Below are positions 1-9,593 of a stretch of 64,000 bases of DNA, piece after piece; position 1 is the first letter of the stretch, and every line of letters starts with the position of its first letter. Source of the stretch: Bdellovibrionota bacterium (lineage in GTDB: Bacteria > Bdellovibrionota_C > UBA2361 > JBIKWN01); assembly GCA_044356295.1 (NCBI GenBank), contig JBIKWN010000005.1, positions 1 to 64,000 on the forward strand. Reading direction: 5' to 3'. The notes below the pieces were generated by a model. The model saw nothing but the letters and a program-made list of their open reading frames with translations. It was not told the origin of the DNA and made no database searches. The translations under genes and the position numbers were made by a program.

Positions 1-2
1 AA

Positions 3-902
3 GTATTTCAAAAAGATCTTAATGATTTTTTGGAACTTCATAACGTAATGGGTTTAGTGCTCCTGAGCGAAGAAGGTATCAATGGCACAATCGCAGGAAC
101 AGAAACAGGAATTGTAGCTACAAAAAGCTTCCTTCAATCGATTCCTGAGTTAGGCTCGATAAATTTTAAAGATAGTTCCTCTTCATTTATCCCTTTTAAA
201 AGATTAAAAGTTGATCTTCGTGAAGAGATAGTGACTTTGAAACGACCTGATATCTTCCCTGATAACACAGATAACCATCACCTGTCTCCAAAGGAATGGC
301 ATGAGGTCTTAACGAAAGAAGAAGATTTTGTCTTAGTTGACACAAGAAATTTCTATGAAGTAGAGATTGGAAAGTTTAAAGGTGCAATCGATCCTAAAAC
401 AACTCACTTCTCTGAGTTCCCAGATTTTGTTGCACAACAAAATTATCCTAAGGATAAAAAAATATTAATGTACTGTACCGGTGGGATTCGTTGCGAGAAA
501 GCTTTAGTGCATATGCAACAAGAAGGATTCAAAAACGTTTATCAGTTAGAAGGCGGAATACTCAATTATATCAAAGAATATCCTGAAGGAGCATGGGAGG
601 GTGAGTGTTTTATCTTTGATCATCGTGTGGCGCTTGATAAGAATCTTGAACCATCCAAGATTTATAGTTTATGTCCTCACTGTGGTAATCCTGGTGATGT
701 TGCCATTACTTGTAAACAGTGCGGAACTGAATCAGTAATATGTAAACATTGTCATCCTAAAGAGTACTTAGAGACATGTTCGAAAAACTGTGCACATCGA
801 CTCATGCGATTTACAAATCGTGCAAAGGGCGTCTCGACAATTACGAAACCTAAGAAAGTAGCGAAGAAAGATCAACAGATTGATAGCTCGAAGGCTTTCT
901 AA
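3..902 (+). CDS. trhO: TrhO/UPF0176 rhodanese-domain tRNA uridine(34) hydroxylase, 5'-truncated by window edge
   Basis: EGINGT, DTRNFYE, MYCTGGIRCEK, YQLEGGIL and GECFIFDHRV motifs with a Cys-rich C-terminus; the frame is open back to position 3. Confidence 0.85.
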   Translation, partial: VFQKDLNDFLELHNVMGLVLLSEEGINGTIAGTETGIVATKSFLQSIPELGSINFKDSSSSFIPFKRLKVDLREEIVTLKRPDIFPDNTDNHHLSPKEWHEVLTKEEDFVLVDTRNFYEVEIGKFKGAIDPKTTHFSEFPDFVAQQNYPKDKKILMYCTGGIRCEKALVHMQQEGFKNVYQLEGGILNYIKEYPEGAWEGECFIFDHRVALDKNLEPSKIYSLCPHCGNPGDVAITCKQCGTESVICKHCHPKEYLETCSKNCAHRLMRFTNRAKGVSTITKPKKVAKKDQQIDSSKAF

Positions 903-1404
903 CTTTACCTGAACTGTCCTTGCCTACAGCATAATAGGCTTGTCCGTATTGAATAATGAATACTTGAGTAACCTCTTTAGGCCAGGTTATATCAGCATTA
1001 CAGCCCCATTTCTCTTTTGAAAGTTCACCAAGTGGAGAAAACTTTTGATCGACAAGGACAAATTTCTCTAGATTATTGTCACACACAAGTGAAAATGCTT
1101 CTTCTAATGGAGCGCCAAACATGACGGAGTTCCAGAACATCGTATAGGCTACATCGGATAAGCCATCAACCATTTCAAGTTTTGATGGAGTCTTTTCTGC
1201 AGAATACGAAAGAGCATTTGCATCGGTAATTTGTGTGGCATTAAACGTTGGAATAACACCAAGACCTTTAATAACATACTCAAGCGTTTCAGATAGTAAC
1301 AACTGAGCACCTAGTTCTCGAAGTTTTTTATCACCTTCGATGAATTGTGATGCGGGCGATTGCCCTGCAAGTGCAATAAACTGACGTACTTTTTTATCAT
1401 CCAT
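850..1404 (-). CDS. MazG-like / PRA-PH family nucleoside-triphosphate pyrophosphohydrolase
   Basis: LLSETLEY, EMVDGLSDVAY and C-terminal GKVRKP motifs typical of all-alpha NTP pyrophosphatases. Confidence 0.6.
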   Translation of the reverse strand: MDDKKVRQFIALAGQSPASQFIEGDKKLRELGAQLLLSETLEYVIKGLGVIPTFNATQITDANALSYSAEKTPSKLEMVDGLSDVAYTMFWNSVMFGAPLEEAFSLVCDNNLEKFVLVDQKFSPLGELSKEKWGCNADITWPKEVTQVFIIQYGQAYYAVGKDSSGKVRKPSSYQSVDLSSLLS

Positions 1405-1444
1405 AACGAACTTTTAAATTAAAAATAACTATTGAGTAAAAAAA

Positions 1445-2587
1445 CTAGATTGAATCCCAGAGTTCAATTGCATCAATACAATCTGAAAGTGAAGGTACTA
1501 AGGCTATTCGGTAATAATCAATACTTGATTTTCCAAAGAATTCACCAGGACTTATAACGAGACCTTTTTCAAGCAATTTTTCAGCGTACGTTGTTCCGTT
1601 ATAACCTTTAGGACTTTTTAACCAGAAATAAAAAGTAGAATCGCTCTCAACATATTCGAAACCTTTCTTTGCGAAAAAAGTTTTAAATAAAGCACGTTTC
1701 TTTTTGAAGATCTCTCTTCGTTCTTCTGCATGAAGATCGTCACCCCATGCGGCAGCAGCAGCAGTTTGAGTATAAATCGGGGTAGCAACCCCTAAGGTGT
1801 TTCTAAAGTTACCGAATACTTCAATGATGGAAGCATCCCCCGCGATAAAACCGCTTCGATATGCAGTCATTCCACTTCTCTTAGATGTTGAATGAAATAC
1901 CAGTACATTATCAATTGAAACTTGAAGAGCACTTGGTGGGGTTGTGTCACCATAGTACATATCTTGGTAGCACTCGTCTGAACAGAAAAGAATATCGTAT
2001 TTTTTACATATTTCTATTTGAGTTCGTAGGTAATCTAGATCTATCTCAGCTCCGGTAGGATTATGAGGATAATTAATCCATGCGATTGCAGTTTTCTTCA
2101 AAGTGCTTTCAGGTAATGTCGCTAAATCCATTCTGAAATTATTTTTTTCATTCAGCTCGAAGCTTAGGTACTCTGCTCCACACATAATGGCACTTCGTTC
2201 GTAGACAAAATATCCAGGAGTAGGACCAATAATAATATTTTTTTCACATCCTGGCTCAATCAATAAAAATGCAACACTATAAATTGCTTCTTTCGAACCA
2301 GTTGCTTGAATAATATTTTTTCCAGGAAGGGTAACGTCGAAGCGTCTTTTGAGATAACCTTGTATCGAAACAATTAACTCGTCGCATCCTTTTACGGTTG
2401 GATACTGAGAAACTTCAGGAACTCCTTTTGTTACGGCATCACGAATAAATTTGGCGGTTGGTTCGATAGGGTCGCCGGCTCCAAAATCAAACAGTCGCAC
2501 TCCTTGCTCTTTGAGTTTCTTCTTACGACCTGCAAGGGTAGCACTTGGGTATTCTGCAATTTTTTGGACTCTGGAGCTTATTTTCAT
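1445..2587 (-). CDS. Class I/II PLP aminotransferase (succinyl-/LL-diaminopimelate aminotransferase-like)
   Basis: GSKEAI, NYPHNPTG, SDECY and STSKRSGMTAYRSG (PLP lysine) motifs; start moved to MKISSRV. Confidence 0.85.
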   Translation of the reverse strand: MKISSRVQKIAEYPSATLAGRKKKLKEQGVRLFDFGAGDPIEPTAKFIRDAVTKGVPEVSQYPTVKGCDELIVSIQGYLKRRFDVTLPGKNIIQATGSKEAIYSVAFLLIEPGCEKNIIIGPTPGYFVYERSAIMCGAEYLSFELNEKNNFRMDLATLPESTLKKTAIAWINYPHNPTGAEIDLDYLRTQIEICKKYDILFCSDECYQDMYYGDTTPPSALQVSIDNVLVFHSTSKRSGMTAYRSGFIAGDASIIEVFGNFRNTLGVATPIYTQTAAAAAWGDDLHAEERREIFKKKRALFKTFFAKKGFEYVESDSTFYFWLKSPKGYNGTTYAEKLLEKGLVISPGEFFGKSSIDYYRIALVPSLSDCIDAIELWDSI

Positions 2588-2633
2588 AGATATTTTACTG
2601 TTTACCACGAGGCGGTGTAAAAATACAGGTAAG

Positions 2634-3470
2634 ATGTTGACCTTTTTACTGACCGTTCTCCCTAAAAACTACTTAAGCTTTATAACTGGCTTTTTTGCCC
2701 ATATCCCATTGCCCTATCCTTTTAACCGTTACTTAAATCTTTGGTTCGTTAAAAGATATAAAATTAACATGTCAGAGGCTGAGCATACGATTGATGAGTA
2801 TAATTCAATCGGTGCTCTTTTTACTCGAAACCTAAAAGTTGGGTCACGTCAGATCGGTGAACAACCCATTTCGCCGGTTGATGGAACTGTAAGAACTATA
2901 TCAAAAATTAACTCTGATCACTTGGAGCAGATCAAAGGTAAAGATTATTCATTAGCTACTCTACTCGCTGATGAAACAGAAGCATCGAATTTTATCGATG
3001 GAACAATCGCTAATTTTTATCTGGCACCTCACAACTATCATCAAATCCATGCCCCCTATTCTGGCAGAGTTACAAAACGAGTTCATATTCCAGGTACTTT
3101 ATGGCCTGTCAATGATTGGTCTTTGCATTCGATTGAAAATCTTTTTTCAATTAATGAACGTGTTGTCATCTATTTTTCGACCCCAAAAGGTAAAGTAGCT
3201 GTGATATTGGTTGGAGCTACCAATGTTGGGTGCATATCCCTTTCGTTTGATTCGCTGATTACCAATCAAAGGCCCTGGGAACTGAAAAAAGTTGATACTA
3301 TGTTATTCGATCAGACAAATAGCTGTACTATGAAAGCTGGTGATAAACTCGGAACATTCCATCTTGGATCAACCGTGATTGTGCTGTTTGATAAAAATTA
3401 TTCAATAGAAAATTTATATCCGTTGGATTGGATTGGAAAGGAAGTTCAATTCGGTCAAAGCTCGAAATAA
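2634..3470 (+). CDS. psd: Phosphatidylserine decarboxylase proenzyme
   Basis: FTRNLK, SPVDG, YLAPHNYH, NERV, VGATNVG and the FHLGST self-cleavage motif; start moved to MLTFLL. Confidence 0.92.
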   Translation: MLTFLLTVLPKNYLSFITGFFAHIPLPYPFNRYLNLWFVKRYKINMSEAEHTIDEYNSIGALFTRNLKVGSRQIGEQPISPVDGTVRTISKINSDHLEQIKGKDYSLATLLADETEASNFIDGTIANFYLAPHNYHQIHAPYSGRVTKRVHIPGTLWPVNDWSLHSIENLFSINERVVIYFSTPKGKVAVILVGATNVGCISLSFDSLITNQRPWELKKVDTMLFDQTNSCTMKAGDKLGTFHLGSTVIVLFDKNYSIENLYPLDWIGKEVQFGQSSK

Positions 3471-3590
3471 GCTTCTCTCACATGAAAACTACTCCTCTTC
3501 TATCGTACTCATCATGAAGTGCTCTTTCTGAGCTCTTTTCTAATTTTCTTCATAGAGGGATACTAGTAACACATTTATGCGAGAAACCTT

Positions 3591-4334
3591 ATGAAGCTAT
3601 TGAGACATCTGTTTATTGTTCTAACCTTAACTTTCAATTTTGTTTCTTTGTCACACGCAGACGAATTAGAAAGATTGGAAAATGAAATTCATAGTGCAAT
3701 TGAAGACTTACGACTTCGCCGTCACTCAGTTGAATCAGAATATAATGACGATGGTGAAGTAGTTTTAAAAGGCTATGTTTCGAGTCAAGAAGATAAAAAC
3801 CTAGTGGTTAAGAGGATTTCTTCGATCTCAGGAGTAACAAAAGTAGAGGATTCCTTGACAGTTAAAGCTAGTGAAGGTGCCATTGATTCTAGTAATTCAA
3901 AAGTTAATTCTGAAAATGATCTTGTTCGCAAAGAGGCCCTCCTTGCAGTTAAGAAATTATCAAATTTAAAAAGTTATGAAGTCGATGTTTCGGTGGGTGA
4001 TAAAAGTATAGAGGTTTTAGGGAACGCGACTGAACCTGTTGATATTACAAAAATTGGGAAAGCCATACGAGAAGTTGCTGGAAAAAGAGTAGTTGAAAAT
4101 AAAATGACACTCAGAGCTCGTCCTTCTGATTCTGAACTAGAAGCTTTGCTACGAAGAGCTCTCAGTGAAGAGAGTAATCTTGATTGGCAAGGTATAGATA
4201 TCTCTGTTCATCAAGGGGTTGCTATGTTTGAAGGTACAAAGCCAAGTCATAGAACTATTGATAGAATACTTTCAATTGCGAATATGGTTGATGGTATTGA
4301 TCGAGTTGATAGTAAAATGACTGTTTCTGAGTAG
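3591..4334 (+). CDS. Secreted multi-BON-domain (OsmY-like) protein
   Basis: Signal peptide ending SHA; three repeats such as GEVVLKGYV...ISGVTKVEDSLTV and GVAMFEG...VDGIDRVDSKM. Confidence 0.8.
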   Translation: MKLLRHLFIVLTLTFNFVSLSHADELERLENEIHSAIEDLRLRRHSVESEYNDDGEVVLKGYVSSQEDKNLVVKRISSISGVTKVEDSLTVKASEGAIDSSNSKVNSENDLVRKEALLAVKKLSNLKSYEVDVSVGDKSIEVLGNATEPVDITKIGKAIREVAGKRVVENKMTLRARPSDSELEALLRRALSEESNLDWQGIDISVHQGVAMFEGTKPSHRTIDRILSIANMVDGIDRVDSKMTVSE

Positions 4335-4410
4335 TGCTCGATATTAATAGTGACCAATTATCTCAGATTCATGCTGATAGAGAGGCCCTACGAGAGCCAT
4401 GAGTGAGGCT

Positions 4411-5073
4411 TCAAATCTCTTCACTCAGATCTGATTCATGCGATGCAATATCATATCTATAAATCTCTTCTAAGACTGCATTGGTATCAATTGTTGTTTG
4501 CTCATGTATCAGGCCGGTCTCCATATCATACACCCAGCCATGAATTGTTGGAGCCCTGCGGTGATTCCAGGAATTTTGTACAATAGAACTTTCTGCGAGA
4601 TTCCGAACTTGTTCATGAATATTTAATTCTACAAGTCTTCGGTATCTTATTGTAAGGTCAGGAATATTATTGAGTTCATCTGCATGAAAGCGATAAATAT
4701 CTTTAATGTGTCTGAGCCATTTATTAATTAATCCTAGATGTTTGTTACTCATGGCATTCTGAATACGTCCGCAACCATAATGTCCACAAACAATTACATG
4801 CTTTACTTTTAGTATTTCTACAGCATATTGCAGAACACTTAACAGATTAAAATCAGTATGCACAACAAGGTTGGCAATATTTCGATGAACAAAAAGTTGT
4901 CCTGGTGTGCAACCAGTAATCTCTTCAGCAGGCACTCTACTATCAGAACAGCCTATCCATAAAAATTCTGGGGTTTGTGTATCAGAGGTATTTTTAAAGA
5001 AGACAGGGTCAATGCTCAGCTTCTTAGCTACCCATGCCTTGTTTGCGTCAAGAAGACGATTAAATTCTGTCAT
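4411..5073 (-). CDS. can: Beta-class carbonic anhydrase
   Basis: [24 protein letters not shown] Zn ligands, IHGWVY. Confidence 0.95.
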   Translation of the reverse strand: MTEFNRLLDANKAWVAKKLSIDPVFFKNTSDTQTPEFLWIGCSDSRVPAEEITGCTPGQLFVHRNIANLVVHTDFNLLSVLQYAVEILKVKHVIVCGHYGCGRIQNAMSNKHLGLINKWLRHIKDIYRFHADELNNIPDLTIRYRRLVELNIHEQVRNLAESSIVQNSWNHRRAPTIHGWVYDMETGLIHEQTTIDTNAVLEEIYRYDIASHESDLSEEI

Positions 5074-5113
5074 ACTATCGCTTTGGGAATTTCTATAAAA
5101 TTAAAGAGGCTTA

Positions 5114-7708
5114 CTAAGTTTCACTGAGTACCACAGTGACTGAACTAATTCCAGGGGTATCACTGGTTTTAATGAGCGAAAGGTTTCCTGAAGAGATATT
5201 GCCACCTTTTTCTAGGTCTTCACAAACAAGATGTAAAGCTTGAATTGATGTCTCATCCGCAGTAACTGTTACTTTTTCAACAGCCCATTTTAAAGACCGT
5301 TGTTGTTCTGTTTTAGCTCCACGAATTTTTCCAATTACTTCAATTGCAAGAGGGAGGGTATTATCTGGTGCATCCAGTACCAACCCATTGATTTCAGTGA
5401 TTGCTGGCCATTGTGTGGTATGAATAGAACTATCTTTACCTGAAGATGAGGAAAAGCCCCATGACCAGATCTCTTCTGTAATATATGGAAGTACGGGTGC
5501 GAGTAATCGCAGAAAGGTTTTAAGAGTTAATGAAAGTGTTGCAAGAGCAGAAGCCCGGCCGGCTGTGGCATTCTCTTCATAACTTCTAGCTTTTACCAAC
5601 TCAAGATAATGATCGCAGTATTCCCAAAAGAGTTCTTCGGTAATTTGTAGGCTCTGAGCATAGTCAAATGAATTCAGACTTTCAGTTGATTCTTTTACAA
5701 CATTCATCAATCGAGCCACCATTGCTTTATCAAGAGGAGCAGTGATTTCACCAATTTTTGTTGCATTAGGATCAATTCCAACTCGATCAAATTGCATTAA
5801 AACAAACTTACTTGCATTAAATAGTTTCGTGACAAGTTTGCGACCAATTTTAAAAATGCCTTCATCGAATGCAGTATCTGCTCCTAGCCTAGCCTTTGCT
5901 GACCAATAGCGTACTGCATCAGCAGAGTATTCTTCGAGAAGTTTTTGTGGAGTAATCGTATTACCCTTAGATTTACTCATTTTTTTACGGTTGGGGTCTA
6001 AAATCCAACCGCTGATGACAGCATTTTTCCATGGAATTTCATCTTCATGCATCCACGCTTTTACAATCGTTGAGAAAGCCCATGTTCTGATAATTTCATG
6101 TGCTTGTGGACGAATGTCACTTGGAAAAAGTTTTTTATGACGAGCAGGATCTTTGCCCCAATGGCTTGCAATTTGTGGGGTTAAAGAAGAAGTAGCCCAA
6201 GTATCCATAACATCAGGATCACCATAAAATCCATTAGGCTGACCACGTTGTGATTCAGTACATCCAGGAGGGACATCACTGGTTGGATCAATTGGTAACG
6301 TATCGGGAGCAGCAAATATTGGTTTGTCATATTGTACCATTCCTTCGGCATCGATTGGATACCATACTGGAAATGGAACCCCAAAATAACGTTGTCTGCT
6401 GATACACCAATCTTGGTTTAATCCTGTCACCCAATTTTCATAACGAACAAGCATATGTTCAGGGTGCCACTTTACTTTACGTCCTTGTTCAAGAAGTTTT
6501 TCTTTATGATCTAATGTTTTAATGAACCACTGTCTTGTTGTAATAAATTCAAGTGGTCGATCGCCTTTCTCGTAGAATTTAACAGGATGTGTAATTGGTT
6601 TTGGTTCGCATCCAAGAAGCTCTACAATTTTTTTCTGAGCCTGCTTAACAGTTAATCCTTTTAGTTGATCAAAATTCTTTTGTGCTTCGTCGCAGTTTTC
6701 AGAAGTAAAATTACCTTCACCAAAAGTAATTGGAAGAATTCTGCCATTCAAAGCGATAATTTGTCTTACTGGAAGTTTTGATTTTTTCCAATACTCAACA
6801 TCCATAATGTCACCAAATGTGCACACCATAAGAATTCCACTTCCTTTTTCTGGATCTGCGTGTTCTGCAGGAAGGATAGGGACAGGAGCATGAAAAAGTG
6901 GAGTAAGAGCAGTTTTTCCAAATAGGGGCTTGTACCGCTCGTCATCTGGATGAGCAACTACTGCAATACAAGCGGCAAGAAGCTCAGGGCGAGTTGTTGC
7001 AATTTTAAAATCTCCACCACCTTTTACAGTGAAAGTAATTTCATGGAATGCTCCTGGGATTTCTCTGTCTTCAAGCTCGGCTTGTGCAACTGCAGATTGA
7101 AAATCAACATCCCACATTGTTGGTGATTCGATATTGTAACAAAGATTTTTCTTAACTAGATCCAGAAATGAGGCCTGCGAAATCTGTCTACAATGGCTAT
7201 CAATCGTTGCGTATTGTTCAGTCCAATCGAGAGAGAGTCCTAAATGACGCCATAATTTTTCAAAGTTCTTTTCATCTTCAACGGTAAGAATTGCGCACGC
7301 CTCGATAAAATTCTGGCGCGAAACTAGTTCAGCAGCTTCTTTAGTACCAGGTTCTGCAGGAGTCGGTATCCAATTGCCTTTATAGGTAACAGATGGTTCA
7401 CAACGAATGTTAAAATAGTTTTGTACGCGTCTTTCTGTCGGCAGTCCGTTGTCATCCCATCCCATCGGATAATAAATATTTTTACCAGTCATTCGTTGGT
7501 AACGAGCTATGACATCTGTTTGTGTATATGAGAAAACATGTCCTACATGTAATGAACCTGAAACGGTTGGGGGTGGTGTATCAACAACGAAGGTTTTTTC
7601 ACGAGGTTGAGTACTATCCCAGCGATAAATCTGCTTTTCTTCCCAAGCTTTACCCCAAGCGGCTTCAATCTGTGTATGGTCGTATTTTTCAGGCAGAGTT
7701 TTCTTCAT
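5114..7708 (-). CDS. valS: Valyl-tRNA synthetase, type 2 (archaeal/actinobacterial-like)
   Basis: DTPPPTVSGSLHVGH (HIGH), GWDDNGLPTE, DWCISRQR, KMSKSKGN; start at MKKTL. Confidence 0.95.
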   Translation of the reverse strand: MKKTLPEKYDHTQIEAAWGKAWEEKQIYRWDSTQPREKTFVVDTPPPTVSGSLHVGHVFSYTQTDVIARYQRMTGKNIYYPMGWDDNGLPTERRVQNYFNIRCEPSVTYKGNWIPTPAEPGTKEAAELVSRQNFIEACAILTVEDEKNFEKLWRHLGLSLDWTEQYATIDSHCRQISQASFLDLVKKNLCYNIESPTMWDVDFQSAVAQAELEDREIPGAFHEITFTVKGGGDFKIATTRPELLAACIAVVAHPDDERYKPLFGKTALTPLFHAPVPILPAEHADPEKGSGILMVCTFGDIMDVEYWKKSKLPVRQIIALNGRILPITFGEGNFTSENCDEAQKNFDQLKGLTVKQAQKKIVELLGCEPKPITHPVKFYEKGDRPLEFITTRQWFIKTLDHKEKLLEQGRKVKWHPEHMLVRYENWVTGLNQDWCISRQRYFGVPFPVWYPIDAEGMVQYDKPIFAAPDTLPIDPTSDVPPGCTESQRGQPNGFYGDPDVMDTWATSSLTPQIASHWGKDPARHKKLFPSDIRPQAHEIIRTWAFSTIVKAWMHEDEIPWKNAVISGWILDPNRKKMSKSKGNTITPQKLLEEYSADAVRYWSAKARLGADTAFDEGIFKIGRKLVTKLFNASKFVLMQFDRVGIDPNATKIGEITAPLDKAMVARLMNVVKESTESLNSFDYAQSLQITEELFWEYCDHYLELVKARSYEENATAGRASALATLSLTLKTFLRLLAPVLPYITEEIWSWGFSSSSGKDSSIHTTQWPAITEINGLVLDAPDNTLPLAIEVIGKIRGAKTEQQRSLKWAVEKVTVTADETSIQALHLVCEDLEKGGNISSGNLSLIKTSDTPGISSVTVVLSET

Positions 7709-7840
7709 ATGTGGACCCAACTGTAGCAGGATCTGTCATCGGAATATATGTAGAAATCGATTATGTAAGTAAATTTAAAGCGAATTATGTGGTTATGCTG
7801 AGGCGATAGGTCGTGGTAGAAGGAATTTTTTAAATGATAA

Positions 7841-8593
7841 TTAGTCCTCTTTTTTATCCTTCTTATCACCATGTAATTTTAAGAGCTTATCAAAGACTCG
7901 GTGGCTTTGTCCTTTGTATCCTTCTTTTGAAAGGTGGGGCAATTTTTTACTTATAATTTCATCAGGAACGTCTATATCAGTACTGGTAAATGGTTCAGAG
8001 TTATTAGTTACTTCGGCAAGTTTATCTATGTAGTCTTCGTGCAGGTTTTCAAATTTACGGGCAGAATCTTTAAGATGTTCTGAGAATATTGTACTCATAT
8101 CTTTTTCTTTGCCACGTTTTTTCTCTAGTGCAATTTTATCAACCTCCTGCATAAGGTAGTCGACTACATCAGTAAGGCCACCTTTTATTTCTTGATACTC
8201 TTTCTCTAGAAAATATGGCTCAATGATCTTTATTAAAGTGTCCTTATCTTCTTTAGTTCCTTGCAGAGAAATAATTGTATCAAAACCTTTGATTGCTAAA
8301 GAGTTGCGATCAAAATTCGGCGGAAGATGAGGGCGGAATTGAACAAATAGACAAAAAGAAGTTTTATTTAATTTTTTATAATCGTTAAAAAATGAATCAA
8401 CTTCAGCTGTGGGAAAACTATCTCCAATAAGACAAAGTTGAAAATCCATATCCATATGATATTGAATTGCCTTGTGAACGGTATTTACAACATCTAGATA
8501 TTCAAATGTAATTTCAGGTTGCATTGATGCTTCAAGCTCTTCAAGAGCAGACATGGAAGAATCAATGATAAGGGCTTTTAACTCTATTGGCAT
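7841..8593 (-). CDS. Hypothetical protein with degenerate receiver-like N-terminus; paralog of 8662-9408
   Basis: Shares FEYLDxVNxVHKAIQYHMDMDFQ, DKIALEKKRGK and KEGYKGQSHRVF with the adjacent ORF. Confidence 0.75.
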   Translation of the reverse strand: MPIELKALIIDSSMSALEELEASMQPEITFEYLDVVNTVHKAIQYHMDMDFQLCLIGDSFPTAEVDSFFNDYKKLNKTSFCLFVQFRPHLPPNFDRNSLAIKGFDTIISLQGTKEDKDTLIKIIEPYFLEKEYQEIKGGLTDVVDYLMQEVDKIALEKKRGKEKDMSTIFSEHLKDSARKFENLHEDYIDKLAEVTNNSEPFTSTDIDVPDEIISKKLPHLSKEGYKGQSHRVFDKLLKLHGDKKDKKED

Positions 8594-8616
8594 AAACGAA
8601 CAAATTCCATCTCTAT

Positions 8617-8643
8617 AGATCGTCTAGAAACGGCAAAAACTTG
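8617..8643 (-). promoter_or_regulatory. Putative sigma28 (FliA) promoter
   Basis: Minus strand CAAGTTTT-N11-GACGATCT just upstream of the ATG at 8593; matches TAAAGTTT-N11-GCCGATAA spacing. Confidence 0.6.
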
Positions 8644-8661
8644 TTATGAAAAGAGATAAAG

Positions 8662-9408
8662 TTATTTTTTTTCTTTTTTATCGCCGTGTATATTCAGTAA
8701 CTTATTAAAAACTCTATGGCTTTGCCCTTTATAGCCTTCTTTTGTTAGGCCTGGAAGCTGTTTGGAAACAACGTTTTCGGGGACGTCTAGTTTTGTTGTT
8801 TTAAAAGCCTGGGCGTTATCTGAGGTTTCAATTAGTTTTTCGAGGTAATCCTGTCTTAAGCCGTCAAATTTTTTTGAAGAATCTTTTAGGTGGTCTGAAA
8901 AAATAGTACTGAGATCTTTATCCTTGCCTCGCTTTTTTTCTAAGGCAATTTTATCAATTTCACCCATCAGATATCCAACTACATCTGGAAGTCCACCAAG
9001 AATCTCTTCGTATTCTTTTTGATTCCAATACTCTTTCAGGGCTATTTCTAGAGCATCTTTGTCATCTTTTGTTCCATTTTTTGTAATGACAGTGCTAAAA
9101 CCAATATTTTTTAAGGACGTTCTTTCAAAATCAGCATTGAGATGATCACGGAATTGTACAAAAACACAAACAGATTTTTTCGCTAATTTTTCATAATCAG
9201 CAAAAAAAGATTTTAATTCCTCTCTAGGGAATTGCTCACTAATTAAACAGATCTGAAAATCCATATCCATGTGATACTGGATAGCTTTATGGACGGAATT
9301 TACAATATCCAAATATTCGAATTGGATCTCAGGTTGCAAAGCAGCATCGAGCTCTTCAAGAGCAAACATCTGAGTATCAAGAATAAGACCGTTTAAAGTG
9401 GTAGTCAT
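8662..9408 (-). CDS. Hypothetical protein with degenerate receiver-like N-terminus; paralog of 7841-8593
   Basis: Full-length similarity to the adjacent ORF. Confidence 0.75.
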   Translation of the reverse strand: MTTTLNGLILDTQMFALEELDAALQPEIQFEYLDIVNSVHKAIQYHMDMDFQICLISEQFPREELKSFFADYEKLAKKSVCVFVQFRDHLNADFERTSLKNIGFSTVITKNGTKDDKDALEIALKEYWNQKEYEEILGGLPDVVGYLMGEIDKIALEKKRGKDKDLSTIFSDHLKDSSKKFDGLRQDYLEKLIETSDNAQAFKTTKLDVPENVVSKQLPGLTKEGYKGQSHRVFNKLLNIHGDKKEKK

Positions 9409-9430
9409 AAGGAAAAGGTAACCACTGGGA

Positions 9431-9457
9431 ATGTCGACATATTTAGTGAAAAACTTT
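9431..9457 (-). promoter_or_regulatory. Putative sigma28 (FliA) promoter
   Basis: Minus strand AAAGTTTT-N11-GTCGACAT just upstream of the ATG at 9408. Confidence 0.6.
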
Positions 9458-9470
9458 TCATAATAAAATC

Positions 9471-9498
9471 AAAAAAAAGCCCTCAAAAATGAGGGCTT
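9471..9498 (-). terminator. Rho-independent terminator of sod
   Basis: AAGCCCTCA-N4-TGAGGGCTT hairpin followed on the minus strand by a T-run (A8 at 9471-9478). Confidence 0.8.
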
Positions 9499-9593
9499 AA
9501 ATTATGTCTAAGATACTGAATTTATTAACTTTAGTAAGATATAAAGTAAATTTAATCAGTTATATATTTGTTAGGAAAATATATAAATATTGA

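Noticed and set aside
850..902. 53-bp convergent overlap of trhO and the MazG-like gene
   Set aside because: It involves a low-complexity C-terminal tail; such overlaps are common in compact genomes.
2451..2633. N-terminal extension of psd overlapping the aminotransferase
   Set aside because: Artefact of longest-ORF calling; ATG 2634 and ATG 2587 give non-overlapping divergent genes.
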